Source of the DNA: an archaeon
GTDB taxonomy: Archaea > Asgardarchaeota > Thorarchaeia > Thorarchaeales > Thorarchaeaceae
Reading direction: 5' to 3'
DNA: 64,000 nt
NCBI GenBank assembly: GCA_024276825.1
Contig: JAJRWI010000053.1
Span: forward strand, 12,404 to 76,403
The stretch's first letter is position 1, and every line of letters begins with the position of its first letter. Below are positions 1 to 9,180 of the stretch, in pieces. Under the pieces are notes generated by a model that saw only the letters and a list, made by a program, of their open reading frames with translations, was not told where the DNA came from and made no database searches. The position numbers and the translations under genes were made by a program.

Positions 1-206
1 GCTGAATCAGTAGATGAGTCATCGACAACAAAGATGACATCCACATCACTGATGTTCTCTTCAAAATCGCCCTGAAGACAACTACCAAAGAGAATCACAC
101 TGATTATCTTCAAATTCAGATTCTTGGCCTGTAATAACACCTTAGTGGTACATTGTTCCACTTTGTTTGAGATGTGATGTGCTCGGCAAGACTGAGATGT
201 TAACAT
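1..206 (-). CDS. Pol-beta-superfamily (minimal) nucleotidyltransferase, N-terminal part; runs off the window edge
   Basis: Not in ORF track. Manual translation from ATG at 206 gives ...KIISVILFGSCLQGDFEENISDVDVIFVVDD..., the hhFGS-x-DhD motif. Confidence 0.75.
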   Translation of the reverse strand, partial: MLTSQSCRAHHISNKVEQCTTKVLLQAKNLNLKIISVILFGSCLQGDFEENISDVDVIFVVDDSSTDS

Positions 207-280
207 TATTTATAATGTATATCTGTGGCTTGTCAATATTTCGATGATTTTGGAATATGACTTGAAGTTTGCAAAAATGA

Positions 281-355
281 TGGTGCGCCTGCCGGGATTC
301 GAACCCGGGTCACGACCTTGGAAGGGTCGGATCATAGCCCCTAGACTACAGGCGC
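281..355 (-). tRNA. tRNA-Gly(TCC), CCA encoded
   Basis: Reverse complement folds as a cloverleaf: acceptor GCGCCTG/CAGGCGC, anticodon arm CGACC-CT-TCC-AA-GGTCG, T-loop TTCGAAT. Confidence 0.97.
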
Positions 356-407
356 AGTTTGCGATTTTGAGAGAATGTGGTGTCGATTTAAAGTCACCGA
401 TAATATC

Positions 408-1124
408 TCATTGGGAAGAGAGTCTCTTATTGATAATATTGGTTCTTAGTGAATAAGCCCATAAGACCTCAGCACATACGTGCCAAGCCATCATGATTTC
501 CGAATCGAGGGCAAGATGAATGTCAAAGAGCTGTGTTGTTTCTTGAGAGAAGTCACCATGAGGAAATGCACCAACACCAACTATCACAGGAGTATCTATG
601 TCTTCAGGAAGTAGAGAGATGAGTTGATTGATGTCTGTCTTTTTGCCAGTTTCAATTGCCAATATTGTTGGTGAGTGGGGATGGCTGGATTTTATCTCAT
701 TGATTAGATTTTGAAGGGCCATATTTTGAATATTGAGTAGTGAGTCGCCAGAGAGAGGCACTCGTCCGTTAATCATCAACTGTTCCATGAGACCCACAAA
801 GCGGGAATAATTACGTGGAAGTCTTACTGTCGGGTCAATAACGATGATTCGACCATCTTGCAGATGAATATATGATTGTAAGAAACCACTCTTACAAAGT
901 GGGGTTTCCATCAGGGTCATGAGTGATAGATGGACAATGTCTGGGCGCCCGCGGCGTTCATGATCATCCAGCCTGAGCATTGCTTTTCCATGAACCGCTT
1001 GGTCAAGAAGTAATTCTTGAGGCTTCTTACCCCTACGGCTGGCACTCCGCTGTACCTGTTTGAGGGCATACATTTCAGGAGGGATGAGTTCTATTGGGCT
1101 CTCTAAGAGAATCAGATGAAGCAT
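408..1124 (-). CDS. nep1: Nep1/Emg1 SSU rRNA pseudouridine N1-methyltransferase (SPOUT)
   Basis: RGRPDIVHLSL, RLPRNYSRFVGLMEQL and VGAFPHGDF motifs; start taken at MLHLILLE. Confidence 0.93.
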   Translation of the reverse strand: MLHLILLESPIELIPPEMYALKQVQRSASRRGKKPQELLLDQAVHGKAMLRLDDHERRGRPDIVHLSLMTLMETPLCKSGFLQSYIHLQDGRIIVIDPTVRLPRNYSRFVGLMEQLMINGRVPLSGDSLLNIQNMALQNLINEIKSSHPHSPTILAIETGKKTDINQLISLLPEDIDTPVIVGVGAFPHGDFSQETTQLFDIHLALDSEIMMAWHVCAEVLWAYSLRTNIINKRLSSQ

Positions 1125-1188
1125 GTTAATGACCAATGCGAATACTATTTCAATCAATTTAAGCAGTTTGTAAGTGTGGAATCAACTG

Positions 1189-1509
1189 ATGCCAAGAAGA
1201 AGACCAAGAGGGACCAGTGTAAGACGGATGGCACGAGCCAGAGTTGATAGATTATGGGAAATGGCATGTGAGTGTGAAGACCCCACACTTGCAAAGAGAT
1301 ACATCAGTATTGCAAGAAGAGTCGCTCAAAAGGCACGGATAAAGATTCCAAGAGATATCAAAAGAAGGATATGCAAGAAGTGCAATTCTGTCCTCATTCC
1401 TGGCAAAAACTGTAGGGTCAGGATGAGAACAAACAGGTCAAGTCATATCACTGTCACTTGTTTCACCTGTGGGGCAATTCGAAGATATTATGTCAGAAGG
1501 CAATGTTAA
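1189..1509 (+). CDS. rnp4: RNase P protein component 4 (Rpp21)
   Basis: Basic helices, CKKC...CFTC zinc ribbon, LIPGKNCRVR; conserved position before yhbY-S19e. Confidence 0.93.
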   Translation: MPRRRPRGTSVRRMARARVDRLWEMACECEDPTLAKRYISIARRVAQKARIKIPRDIKRRICKKCNSVLIPGKNCRVRMRTNRSSHITVTCFTCGAIRRYYVRRQC

Positions 1510-1542
1510 TTTGTGTATTGTTTAAAAATAGTGTGAATATAA

Positions 1543-1818
1543 ATGCCAGAGCTGAAGGTTGATCAGACTAGAATTAAACTTGCATGGAACGAGCCCGTCT
1601 TATTGCAGATTGGAAAGAGTGGAATAACTGACGGAACCATCAAAGAGGCGAAGAGGCTTCTAAAGACTCATAAATACATCAAGGTCAGGTTATTACGAAG
1701 CACAGGAGATGACAGGCATACAAAGAAGGCAGTGTTCGAAGAACTCTGCAGGCTAACTGGAGCAGAACTTGCTGGAGTACGAGGCTTCACTGCAGTGATA
1801 TACAAACTTCGCAATTAG
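1543..1818 (+). CDS. YhbY/CRM RNA-binding protein
   Basis: LQIGKSGIT...HKYIKVRLL...RGFTAVIY; gene context. Confidence 0.9.
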   Translation: MPELKVDQTRIKLAWNEPVLLQIGKSGITDGTIKEAKRLLKTHKYIKVRLLRSTGDDRHTKKAVFEELCRLTGAELAGVRGFTAVIYKLRN

Positions 1819-1881
1819 TCATGCCTTAGTCTTCGTCTGGCATTCAGATGTAGATGCTCCTCAGAAGAAGGCGGTCTGATG

Positions 1882-1896
1882 AAAATCCTTTTATGT
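1882..1896 (+). promoter_or_regulatory. Putative BRE-TATA promoter of the S19e operon
   Basis: AAAATCCTTTTATG about 90 nt before rps19e; the same 12-mer lies upstream of rpl11. Confidence 0.5.
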
Positions 1897-1984
1897 GGAC
1901 TTTTGTCGGTTTTGCCAGCCTTCTGAGGTAGGTAATCGACCGAGTCTAAATACGATATACCTCAAATAGTATGGTGACAGACAA

Positions 1985-2437
1985 ATGCCCACAGTCTATG
2001 ATATTCCCGCCAATGTCTTGATTAAAAGACTCGCACAGGACTTGAAAACTCGAAAAGAGATCAGCCCCCCAGAGTGGGCCCTGTATGTTAAGACAGGTGC
2101 CCATAAGGAACGCGCACCTGATGACCCCGACTGGTGGTATATCAGATGTGCTAGCATTCTGAGAAAGATCTATCTATATGGTCCAATAGGCACACAAAAG
2201 CTCAGGATTCAATATGGTGGGAGAAAGAGAAGAGGGGTCAAACCCAACAAGTTCCACAAAGGAAGTGGGTCCGTTGTCAGGACTGCTTTACAGCAGCTCG
2301 AGAGAGCTGGTTTCATCAGGAAACAGGGAAGCAAGGGCAGGGTACTCACAGATGTTGGGCGGTCGTATATGGATAAGGTGTCTGCAAAATTAAAGGTTGA
2401 ACTAGCAAAAGCAATACCAGGACTTGAGAGGTACTAG
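1985..2437 (+). CDS. rps19e: 30S ribosomal protein S19e
   Basis: PEWALYVKTG, WWYIRCASILRKIY, LQQLERAG motifs. Confidence 0.98.
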   Translation: MPTVYDIPANVLIKRLAQDLKTRKEISPPEWALYVKTGAHKERAPDDPDWWYIRCASILRKIYLYGPIGTQKLRIQYGGRKRRGVKPNKFHKGSGSVVRTALQQLERAGFIRKQGSKGRVLTDVGRSYMDKVSAKLKVELAKAIPGLERY

Positions 2438-2452
2438 AGTATAGTAGTTAAG

Positions 2453-2791
2453 GTGACAATGATGAGTGAGGATGAGCTCGAGGAGATCAGAAGGAGAAAG
2501 CTTGCCGCTATTCGTGAGCAGGCTCTTCGTGAACAGGTCCAAGAGCATCAGAGAGCTGAGTTGGAGGCCCAGAAGGAGGCCATTCTAAGACAGATTCTCA
2601 CTCCAGAGGCCAGAGCAAGATTGATGAATATCAAGATGGTAAAACCAGAGCTTGCAGAGCAGATAGAGCTTCAGCTCATTCAACTGGCAGGCAGTGGTAG
2701 ACTCAGAGGCCGGGTGACCGATGAACAACTCAAGTCATTGTTGCTACAGATTCAAGGGAGAGAGAGAGAGAGAAAAATCTCATTCCGATAG
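2453..2791 (+). CDS. PDCD5/TFAR19-family DNA-binding protein
   Basis: [30 protein letters not shown]; context after S19e. Confidence 0.93.
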   Translation: MTMMSEDELEEIRRRKLAAIREQALREQVQEHQRAELEAQKEAILRQILTPEARARLMNIKMVKPELAEQIELQLIQLAGSGRLRGRVTDEQLKSLLLQIQGRERERKISFR

Positions 2792-2812
2792 ATAGGCTGC
2801 AAGGTGATAGTA

Positions 2813-2968
2813 ATGGCAAGAAACAAGCCGCTTGGAAAGAAGCTTCGAATGGCTCAGAGAATGAAGTCAAACTCGTCCGTCCCAACATGGGCGGTCATGC
2901 GGACTGCAGGAAAAGTGAGAACAACACCAAAGCAGCGCAATTGGCGCCGTAGCAAGCTTAAGCCATAG
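2813..2968 (+). CDS. rpl39e: 50S ribosomal protein L39e (51 aa)
   Basis: Not in ORF track. Manual translation [51 protein letters not shown]; SD AGGTGA upstream. Confidence 0.96.
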   Translation: MARNKPLGKKLRMAQRMKSNSSVPTWAVMRTAGKVRTTPKQRNWRRSKLKP

Positions 2969-2981
2969 GAGGATGAAATGA

Positions 2982-3377
2982 ATGACTCCAGATGAGGAAG
3001 TAATAGAGGAGGAGCTCGTTGAAGAGAAAGAAGATGAGATTGAAACAGAAGAGATAGAGGAAGAAAGAGAAGAAGAGCATGTAGAAGCGGCGCCTGAAGA
3101 AGAGGAGGAAGAAGAAGAGATCATCGATGAGCGTATATACACTGTACCTCTTCGTAAAGCATATTGGACTGGCAGCAGGCTTCGTAGGGCCAACAGGGCA
3201 GTGCGAATCCTGAGAGAGTTCGTACAGAGACACATGAAACCAGAGGAGATTGTCATCCAGAAGGAGGTCAATGAGAGAATCTGGAGCAGGGGCATTCAGA
3301 AACCTCCTCGTAGGGTGAGAATCAGAGTGACAAAAAATGAGGACAATCTTGTACGAGTATACCTTGCGGAGGGATAA
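2982..3377 (+). CDS. rpl31e: 50S ribosomal protein L31e with acidic N-terminal extension
   Basis: ERIYTVPLR...RANRAVRILREFVQRHM...WSRGIQKPPRRVRIRV core. Confidence 0.95.
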   Translation: MTPDEEVIEEELVEEKEDEIETEEIEEEREEEHVEAAPEEEEEEEEIIDERIYTVPLRKAYWTGSRLRRANRAVRILREFVQRHMKPEEIVIQKEVNERIWSRGIQKPPRRVRIRVTKNEDNLVRVYLAEG

Positions 3378-3383
3378 TTCAGG

Positions 3384-4049
3384 TTGATCGCCCGAACAGA
3401 CTTCGAGGGCGATCCAAATGTGGGAGCCTTTGCAGTTGTCACCGATAGGTTTGTGCTCACATCACCGAACATGAGTGAGAAATCACTTGATACCCTCGAA
3501 CGAGTCTTCAATATTCCTTTTGTCCAGTCCACAGTGGCAACTATGGATGCAGTTGGACTGGTCACTGCAGCGAACTCGAATGGGATAGTCTTACCATACA
3601 CTATTGAAGACGAGGAACTGGAAACGATCAAGAGAGAGTCAGAGGTCAGAGTTGACTGGATAGACAGTAAGATGACTGCAATGGGAAATATCATACTTGT
3701 AAATGATAATGGCGCAATTTGCCATCCTGACTTTGATAGTATCGCAATTAGGAAGATTGAGGACACTCTTGATGTGGAAACTATAAAGGGGACAGTGGCA
3801 CGACTAGTAACGGTTGGGGCTAGCACCATTGCAACTAACCGAGGGGCCATTGCCCATCCACTTGCAGCCGATGAGGAGATTGAAGTCATAGCGGATGTCT
3901 TAAAGGTTCATGTGGAAGTAGGAACAGTCAATAGAGGAAGTCCATATACAAGTCTAGGAGTATTAGCAAATAGTGATGGGATGATCGCAGGTTCGGAAAC
4001 AACTGGGGTAGAACTTGCACACATCTCTCAAGTACTTGGATTCGTATAA
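3384..4049 (+). CDS. eif6: Translation initiation factor aIF-6
   Basis: GDPNVGAF, GNIILVNDNGA, GTVNRG repeats; TTG start. Confidence 0.96.
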   Translation: MIARTDFEGDPNVGAFAVVTDRFVLTSPNMSEKSLDTLERVFNIPFVQSTVATMDAVGLVTAANSNGIVLPYTIEDEELETIKRESEVRVDWIDSKMTAMGNIILVNDNGAICHPDFDSIAIRKIEDTLDVETIKGTVARLVTVGASTIATNRGAIAHPLAADEEIEVIADVLKVHVEVGTVNRGSPYTSLGVLANSDGMIAGSETTGVELAHISQVLGFV

Positions 4050-4067
4050 TGGTGAGGTGTCAACAAG

Positions 4068-4310
4068 ATGAGTAAGAAAGTCTGGCGAGCAACTGGAGAA
4101 TATATGAAGGCAAAGAGAAAGATGTACTTCTCAAGAGAGATGATTGCCCAGAAGGAGGCACATGTGAGAGAGAGGGTTCTCTCAGAGTTGGGAAGTCGTC
4201 ACAGAGTCAAGAGAAGAGACATTGTCTTTAAGGAGATTAAAGAGATTGATCCAAAAGAGGCCCAGAGCCTTGAAATTCGAAGAGCATTGGGAATCGAGAG
4301 TGAGTTCTGA
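4068..4310 (+). CDS. rpl18a: 50S ribosomal protein LX/L18Ae (eL20)
   Basis: SELGSRHRVKRRDI motif; context between aIF6 and prefoldin. Confidence 0.92.
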   Translation: MSKKVWRATGEYMKAKRKMYFSREMIAQKEAHVRERVLSELGSRHRVKRRDIVFKEIKEIDPKEAQSLEIRRALGIESEF

Positions 4311-4747
4311 TGACAGAGGAGCAACAAAAGCTTCTCGAGAAGCTCTACATGGAGCAGAGGTTGCTGGAGTCAAACATCAGCCTCTTACAACAAAGATTGG
4401 AGATATTGCAGGCATATTTGAATAATTACAAGTCGGGTCTCTCAGTCCTTAGGGAGCTTGAGAATAGAAAAGAGAATGAAGAGATGCTGATGAATGTTGG
4501 AGGAAATATCTTAATTCGGGCCAAGCTTGTCAATCCCAATATTGTCACTCGTGGTATAGGCAGCAATATCAGGATAGAGCAGAGCCTCACTGAGGCCATC
4601 AAGAGCCTTGAGCAGTCTGTTGTGACCCTTGAGAAGGAATATGAAGAGACCTCTCAACAATATCAGAAGATGGCCATAACACTTCAAGCAGCAAGCGCCC
4701 AATTGCAACAACTTGCAGCCCAGATGCAGAAACCTCAACAGCAGTAA
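4310..4747 (+). CDS. pfdA: Prefoldin alpha subunit
   Basis: Coiled-coil / beta-hairpins (VGGNILIRAK, GIGSNIRIE) / coiled-coil; context. Confidence 0.9.
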   Translation: MTEEQQKLLEKLYMEQRLLESNISLLQQRLEILQAYLNNYKSGLSVLRELENRKENEEMLMNVGGNILIRAKLVNPNIVTRGIGSNIRIEQSLTEAIKSLEQSVVTLEKEYEETSQQYQKMAITLQAASAQLQQLAAQMQKPQQQ

Positions 4748-4762
4748 GAGAGGACATCAATC

Positions 4763-5674
4763 ATGTTTGAAAAACTGCGTGGAGCACTAGACACAGCAGT
4801 GACCAAGGCGACTACAAAGGAGCTTAACGAGAAGAATCTTGCTGATGCAGTATGGGAGCTTCAACTGGTACTTATCCAGAATGATGTTGCAGTTGAAGTT
4901 GCGGAGCATATATGTAATCTCACTAAGAAGAAACTACTTGGTAAGAGAACAGGGCGTCTTGAAAATGTGAAGAAATTGTTCAAGACTGCTCTTTTCGAGT
5001 CTATAATAGAAGTGTTGACACCCACCCACCATCTTGATCTTGTTCAGGCTGTACAAGAGAAGAAAGAGGAAGGTGAACCCTTATCAATCATGTTCCTTGG
5101 AGTTAATGGTACGGGAAAGACAACAACTCTTGCAAAAATAGCGCACATGTATAAAGAGAATGGATATTCGATTGTCATTGCAGCATGTGACACCTTTAGA
5201 GCAGGAAGCATTGAGCAGCTTTCAAGACATGCAGAAAGACTGGGCATCAAGGTCATCAGGCAGGATTATGGTCATGATGCAGCAGCAATAGCCTATGATG
5301 CTATCAACCATGCAAGAGCCAGACATATCGATGTTGTGTTGATAGACACTGCGGGCAGAATGCAGACTAACAAGAATCTTCTTGAGGAGATGAAAAAGAT
5401 CGTTCGAGTTGCTAAACCGGATGTCAAACTGTTTATTGGTGATGCACTCGCAGGAAATGATGCATTATCACAGGCAAAAGAGTTCAATGATGCGGTCAGC
5501 ATAGACGGCGCAATCCTGACAAAAGTGGATGCTGACCCATCAGGAGGTACAGCATTGTCTGTGACCTATGTCACTGGTGCACCAGTGATATATGTTGGAG
5601 TGGGTCAGGGATACACAGACATCCAAAAGTTCGACCCAGAATGGTTTGCGCATCGGATTATAGGTGAGATTTGA
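4763..5674 (+). CDS. ftsY: SRP receptor FtsY (NG domain)
   Basis: GVNGTGKTTT, DTFRAG, DTAGR, TKVD, GVGQ. Confidence 0.96.
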   Translation: MFEKLRGALDTAVTKATTKELNEKNLADAVWELQLVLIQNDVAVEVAEHICNLTKKKLLGKRTGRLENVKKLFKTALFESIIEVLTPTHHLDLVQAVQEKKEEGEPLSIMFLGVNGTGKTTTLAKIAHMYKENGYSIVIAACDTFRAGSIEQLSRHAERLGIKVIRQDYGHDAAAIAYDAINHARARHIDVVLIDTAGRMQTNKNLLEEMKKIVRVAKPDVKLFIGDALAGNDALSQAKEFNDAVSIDGAILTKVDADPSGGTALSVTYVTGAPVIYVGVGQGYTDIQKFDPEWFAHRIIGEI

Positions 5675-5743
5675 TTAATAGGTCAATTTTAATAATGATT
5701 CAATCGCAAGCCAAGTCAGTCTAAAGACAGACAGGTGTTTAAC

Positions 5744-6670
5744 ATGAGTCTGAAGGGAAAGCACTTCATTGATTTGGCAGATTTTAAACGACATGAGCTG
5801 AGATATATTTTGGACACTGCTCATGATCTCAAGCGCAAGCAGAAACGTGGCGAGCCTCATGAACTTTTGAAGGGAAAGTCATTAGCCATGATTTTTATGA
5901 AGTCCTCAACAAGAACAAGGGTTTCATTTGAAGTTGGTATGACACAGTTAGGGGGACATGCACTGTACCTCCAGCCCAGTGGCACACAGCTTGGTCGTGG
6001 TGAAACCATTGCGGACACTGCACAGGTTCTCAGTAGATATTGTGATGTGATAATGGCCAGGGTATATGCACATAGTGATGTTACAGAGCTTGCAAAGTAT
6101 AGTAAGGTTCCAGTGATTAATGGGCTTTCAGACTTTCTGCATCCATGCCAAATCATGGCAGACATGCAGACAATTGAGGAGAGGAAGGGAAGTCTGGAAG
6201 GTCTCAAAATTATATACTCTGGAGACTCCAACAATGTCAGTAATTCAATCATGCAGGGATGTACAATAATGGGAATGGATGTCACAATAGCATCACCAAA
6301 AGGGTATGCACCTTCAGAAGAGATAATGAAGCGAGTAGATAGACTCAGTAAACTCTATGGTACAACAGTGGAAGTAATTCATGATCCTATAGAGGCAGTG
6401 AAAGGCGCAGATGTGATATACACTGATACCTTCTTCAGCATGGGACAGGAACGATCAAAGGAGAAAGAAGAAGCACTGATGCCATTTCAGGTAAACAGAA
6501 ATCTTGTTGATCAGGCAAAGAATGATGTAATTGTCATGCATTGCCTTCCAGCTCATAGGGATGAGGAACTAACAAGTGATATAATGGACGACCCGAAATA
6601 TAGTGTTGTGTTTGATCAAGCTGAGAACAGGCTACATGCACAGAAGGCAATTCTCGCATTAATAGTATAA
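5744..6670 (+). CDS. argF: Ornithine carbamoyltransferase
   Basis: STRTRVSF, HPCQ, HCLPAHR, QAENRLH. Confidence 0.95.
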   Translation: MSLKGKHFIDLADFKRHELRYILDTAHDLKRKQKRGEPHELLKGKSLAMIFMKSSTRTRVSFEVGMTQLGGHALYLQPSGTQLGRGETIADTAQVLSRYCDVIMARVYAHSDVTELAKYSKVPVINGLSDFLHPCQIMADMQTIEERKGSLEGLKIIYSGDSNNVSNSIMQGCTIMGMDVTIASPKGYAPSEEIMKRVDRLSKLYGTTVEVIHDPIEAVKGADVIYTDTFFSMGQERSKEKEEALMPFQVNRNLVDQAKNDVIVMHCLPAHRDEELTSDIMDDPKYSVVFDQAENRLHAQKAILALIV

Positions 6671-6681
6671 GAGGCGGTCAA

Positions 6682-7650
6682 TTGTCGGTTGAGATTGTTG
6701 CCATAGGACGAGCAAACATGGATATTGAGATTCATGTTGATAGGATTCCTAAAGAAGATCAACATGTAATATCTAAAAGAACAACAATCTCTTGTGGGGG
6801 TTCCGCTGCAAACTTCGCATCGCAAGTAGCACTCTTAGGCCCAAAGATTGGGCTTGTTGCATGTATTGGTAGTGATTATAATGGCAAAGTTATGATTGAA
6901 CGTCTGTCGGACATTGGAGTTGATGTATCAAGAGTCCAGATTCTGCAGAATCAGCCTACAGGACTGTTCATTGCGGTCAATGATTCAAAGGGCGGAAAGA
7001 CAATTATTGCTGATCATGGTGCCAACAAGTTCCTTGATCGACTGGACAAAAGAATTTTCGATGATAGCTATCTCCTCAAAACTAGGACCGTGCATGTTGC
7101 TGGGGGATTTCCAAACATGATTGATACTGTAATCGAGATTGCTACAACTGATGGCCTGATTTTCTCATTTGACCCTGGCAGGACCTCTGACAATGTGGAC
7201 TTTCAAAAAGTGCTTAGAAGTACTGATTTGCTATTTGTTAATCAGGATGAATTGAAGAGATACTGTAAGGTTTCAGCAACTGAGAGAGATCTCCGAATGT
7301 TTGCAAAGAGCTTTCCTGGAATAATTGTTTTGAAACAGGGATCCAAAGGGGCAATTGCAACTGATGGGTTCGAGTATTATCACTCAGATGTTTTTGATGT
7401 TCCTGTGGTTGACACCCTTGGGGCTGGAGATGCATTTGCAGCAGGATTTGTGACAGCATGGACTCGTAGTGAAAATATCGAACAAGCATTGAATTTTGCA
7501 AATGCGGTCGCTGCATTGACTGTTACTAGAAGGGGGGCACAAGAGGGACAGCCGACCTTGGACGAGGTCAGCAAACTGTTGAGAAAATATGGTGTATCAA
7601 TTGAACCGATTCTAAAGACGTTTCGCGAGAGAAGGTCATCTCGTCGATAA
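6682..7650 (+). CDS. PfkB/ribokinase-family sugar or nucleoside kinase
   Basis: GGSAAN and DTLGAGDAF signatures. Confidence 0.92.
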   Translation: MSVEIVAIGRANMDIEIHVDRIPKEDQHVISKRTTISCGGSAANFASQVALLGPKIGLVACIGSDYNGKVMIERLSDIGVDVSRVQILQNQPTGLFIAVNDSKGGKTIIADHGANKFLDRLDKRIFDDSYLLKTRTVHVAGGFPNMIDTVIEIATTDGLIFSFDPGRTSDNVDFQKVLRSTDLLFVNQDELKRYCKVSATERDLRMFAKSFPGIIVLKQGSKGAIATDGFEYYHSDVFDVPVVDTLGAGDAFAAGFVTAWTRSENIEQALNFANAVAALTVTRRGAQEGQPTLDEVSKLLRKYGVSIEPILKTFRERRSSRR

Positions 7651-7732
7651 CATGCGAGTAATACCCAGACAATATTCTGGTTTTTCTTATTATAAACTCA
7701 CAATAGAAGATGAATAATAGAAGGTGTAAGAT

Positions 7733-8863
7733 ATGCATCCGCTCCTAGAAGAAGTCCTGAGAAACCCAACTGAAGCAAAGAGTGAAGATATGACAGGTAG
7801 ATCAAGAACAACAAAAAAGTCGGCGACATCTGAGGAGGAGTTGCGTGAGATTGTCGAGTCCATCACTGCCAGAATTTTAGTGGTGGGCGTTGGTGGTGCA
7901 GGAAATAATGCGATAACACGACTTATGGAGGTCGGAATTGAGGGGGCTGAAACCCTAGCTATGAACACTGATGCTCAGGACCTTTATGTGTGTGAGGCGG
8001 ATCACAAGTTACTTCTTGGAAGGGACATATGCAAAGGACTCGGAGCTGGAAATGATCCAGACATTGGTGAGAAGGCGGCTCTGGAAACATATGAGATTCT
8101 GAAGGATGTTGTTACTGGAGACCTTGTGTTCATAACTGCAGGAATGGGTGGAGGAACAGGCACAGGTGCAGCTCCGTATGTGGCCAAGGCTGCACGCGAG
8201 AATGGTGCTTTGACTGTTGCAATTGTGTGTCTGCCCTTTGAGGTGGAGGGTATCACCAGAAAGAACAATGCGGCAAGAGGTCTCAAGGCCCTAATGGACA
8301 ATGTAGACACCCTTATTGCAATTCCAAATGAGAAGCTACTGGAGATCGCTCCAGATTTGACACTATCAGATGCCTTCAGAGTTGCGGATGAGGTGCTAGT
8401 ACGCGCAGTAAAAGGAATCGCAGAGTTGATATCAAGACCTGGTCTTGTTAATCTCGACTTTGCGGATGTGAGGACTACCATGAAGAATGGAGGGGTGTCC
8501 ATAATTGCACTAGGCGAAGGTCAGGGAGAAGACAGGGCAGAGGAGGCAGTGTATAATGCACTTCGTAACCCATTAATCGATGTTTCAATTGAGAACGCCC
8601 GGAACGTGTTGATCAATGTGAGTGGTAGTACTGATTTACAACTGATAGAGGCAAAGCGTGTTGTGGAACTTGTAACCAAGCAGGTGAATCCAAGTGCAGA
8701 AGTGATATATGGTGCCCTCATCATTCCAGAACTTGAAGATAGGCTCAGAGTCACCATTATTGCCTCTGGAGTGAGTTCCCCATATGTACTCTCACCCGAG
8801 TCAGAGCCTGTCGCCCCACTTGCAGAGGACTTGGAGGCAGACCTTGAGATTAAGAGATTATAG
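7733..8863 (+). CDS. ftsZ: Cell division protein FtsZ (FtsZ1-type locus)
   Basis: GVGGAGNN, NTDAQ, GMGGGTGTG, NLDFADV; precedes secE-spt5-L11. Confidence 0.97.
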   Translation: MHPLLEEVLRNPTEAKSEDMTGRSRTTKKSATSEEELREIVESITARILVVGVGGAGNNAITRLMEVGIEGAETLAMNTDAQDLYVCEADHKLLLGRDICKGLGAGNDPDIGEKAALETYEILKDVVTGDLVFITAGMGGGTGTGAAPYVAKAARENGALTVAIVCLPFEVEGITRKNNAARGLKALMDNVDTLIAIPNEKLLEIAPDLTLSDAFRVADEVLVRAVKGIAELISRPGLVNLDFADVRTTMKNGGVSIIALGEGQGEDRAEEAVYNALRNPLIDVSIENARNVLINVSGSTDLQLIEAKRVVELVTKQVNPSAEVIYGALIIPELEDRLRVTIIASGVSSPYVLSPESEPVAPLAEDLEADLEIKRL

Positions 8864-8966
8864 GAGAAGGTGGCCTTATTAGTCATGCAGCAAGTATTAA
8901 AAGCAAAGTTAATACGATTGCTTTCGATATAATCAGTATTGAGTCATTTCACAAGGATGTGCAATT

Positions 8967-9146
8967 ATGGGAATTTCAGAGTTCATAAAGGATAGCAAAA
9001 GAATACTGAAACTAGCTACCAAGCCATCTCGTAAAGAACTATGGATGAGCACAAAGGTCAGCATTCTTGCCATGTTCCTTGTTGGAATGCTCAGTTTTGT
9101 CATTCAGTATATGATGACCGTCTTGACCAGTCAGTGGGGCGGTTAG
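8967..9146 (+). CDS. secE: Protein translocase subunit SecE/Sec61-gamma (59 aa)
   Basis: Not in ORF track. MGISEFIKDSKRILKLATKPSRKELWMSTKVSILAMFLVGMLSFVI..., KP-x-x-x-E motif plus TM helix; between ftsZ and spt5. Confidence 0.93.
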   Translation: MGISEFIKDSKRILKLATKPSRKELWMSTKVSILAMFLVGMLSFVIQYMMTVLTSQWGG

Positions 9147-9180
9147 GCTATCAAATGTTCTAAATCAAGGGGATTTCCGT

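Noticed and set aside
244-456. ORF-track ORFs over tRNAs (244-456, 16372-16563, 23915-24106)
   Set aside because: These are antisense translations of tRNA genes.
1876-1926. CTGATGA...CTGA as a box C/D sRNA or hammerhead core
   Set aside because: No recognisable D'/C' boxes and no GAAA after a stem II; the interval is better explained as the rps19e promoter.
2755-2773. (GA)n microsatellite
   Set aside because: Coding sequence for RERER in the PDCD5-like protein; frame intact.
2867-3889. Ser-rich antisense ORFs here and opposite other acidic proteins and srp54
   Set aside because: They are mirror images of GAA/GAG-rich sense codons with no independent coding signal.
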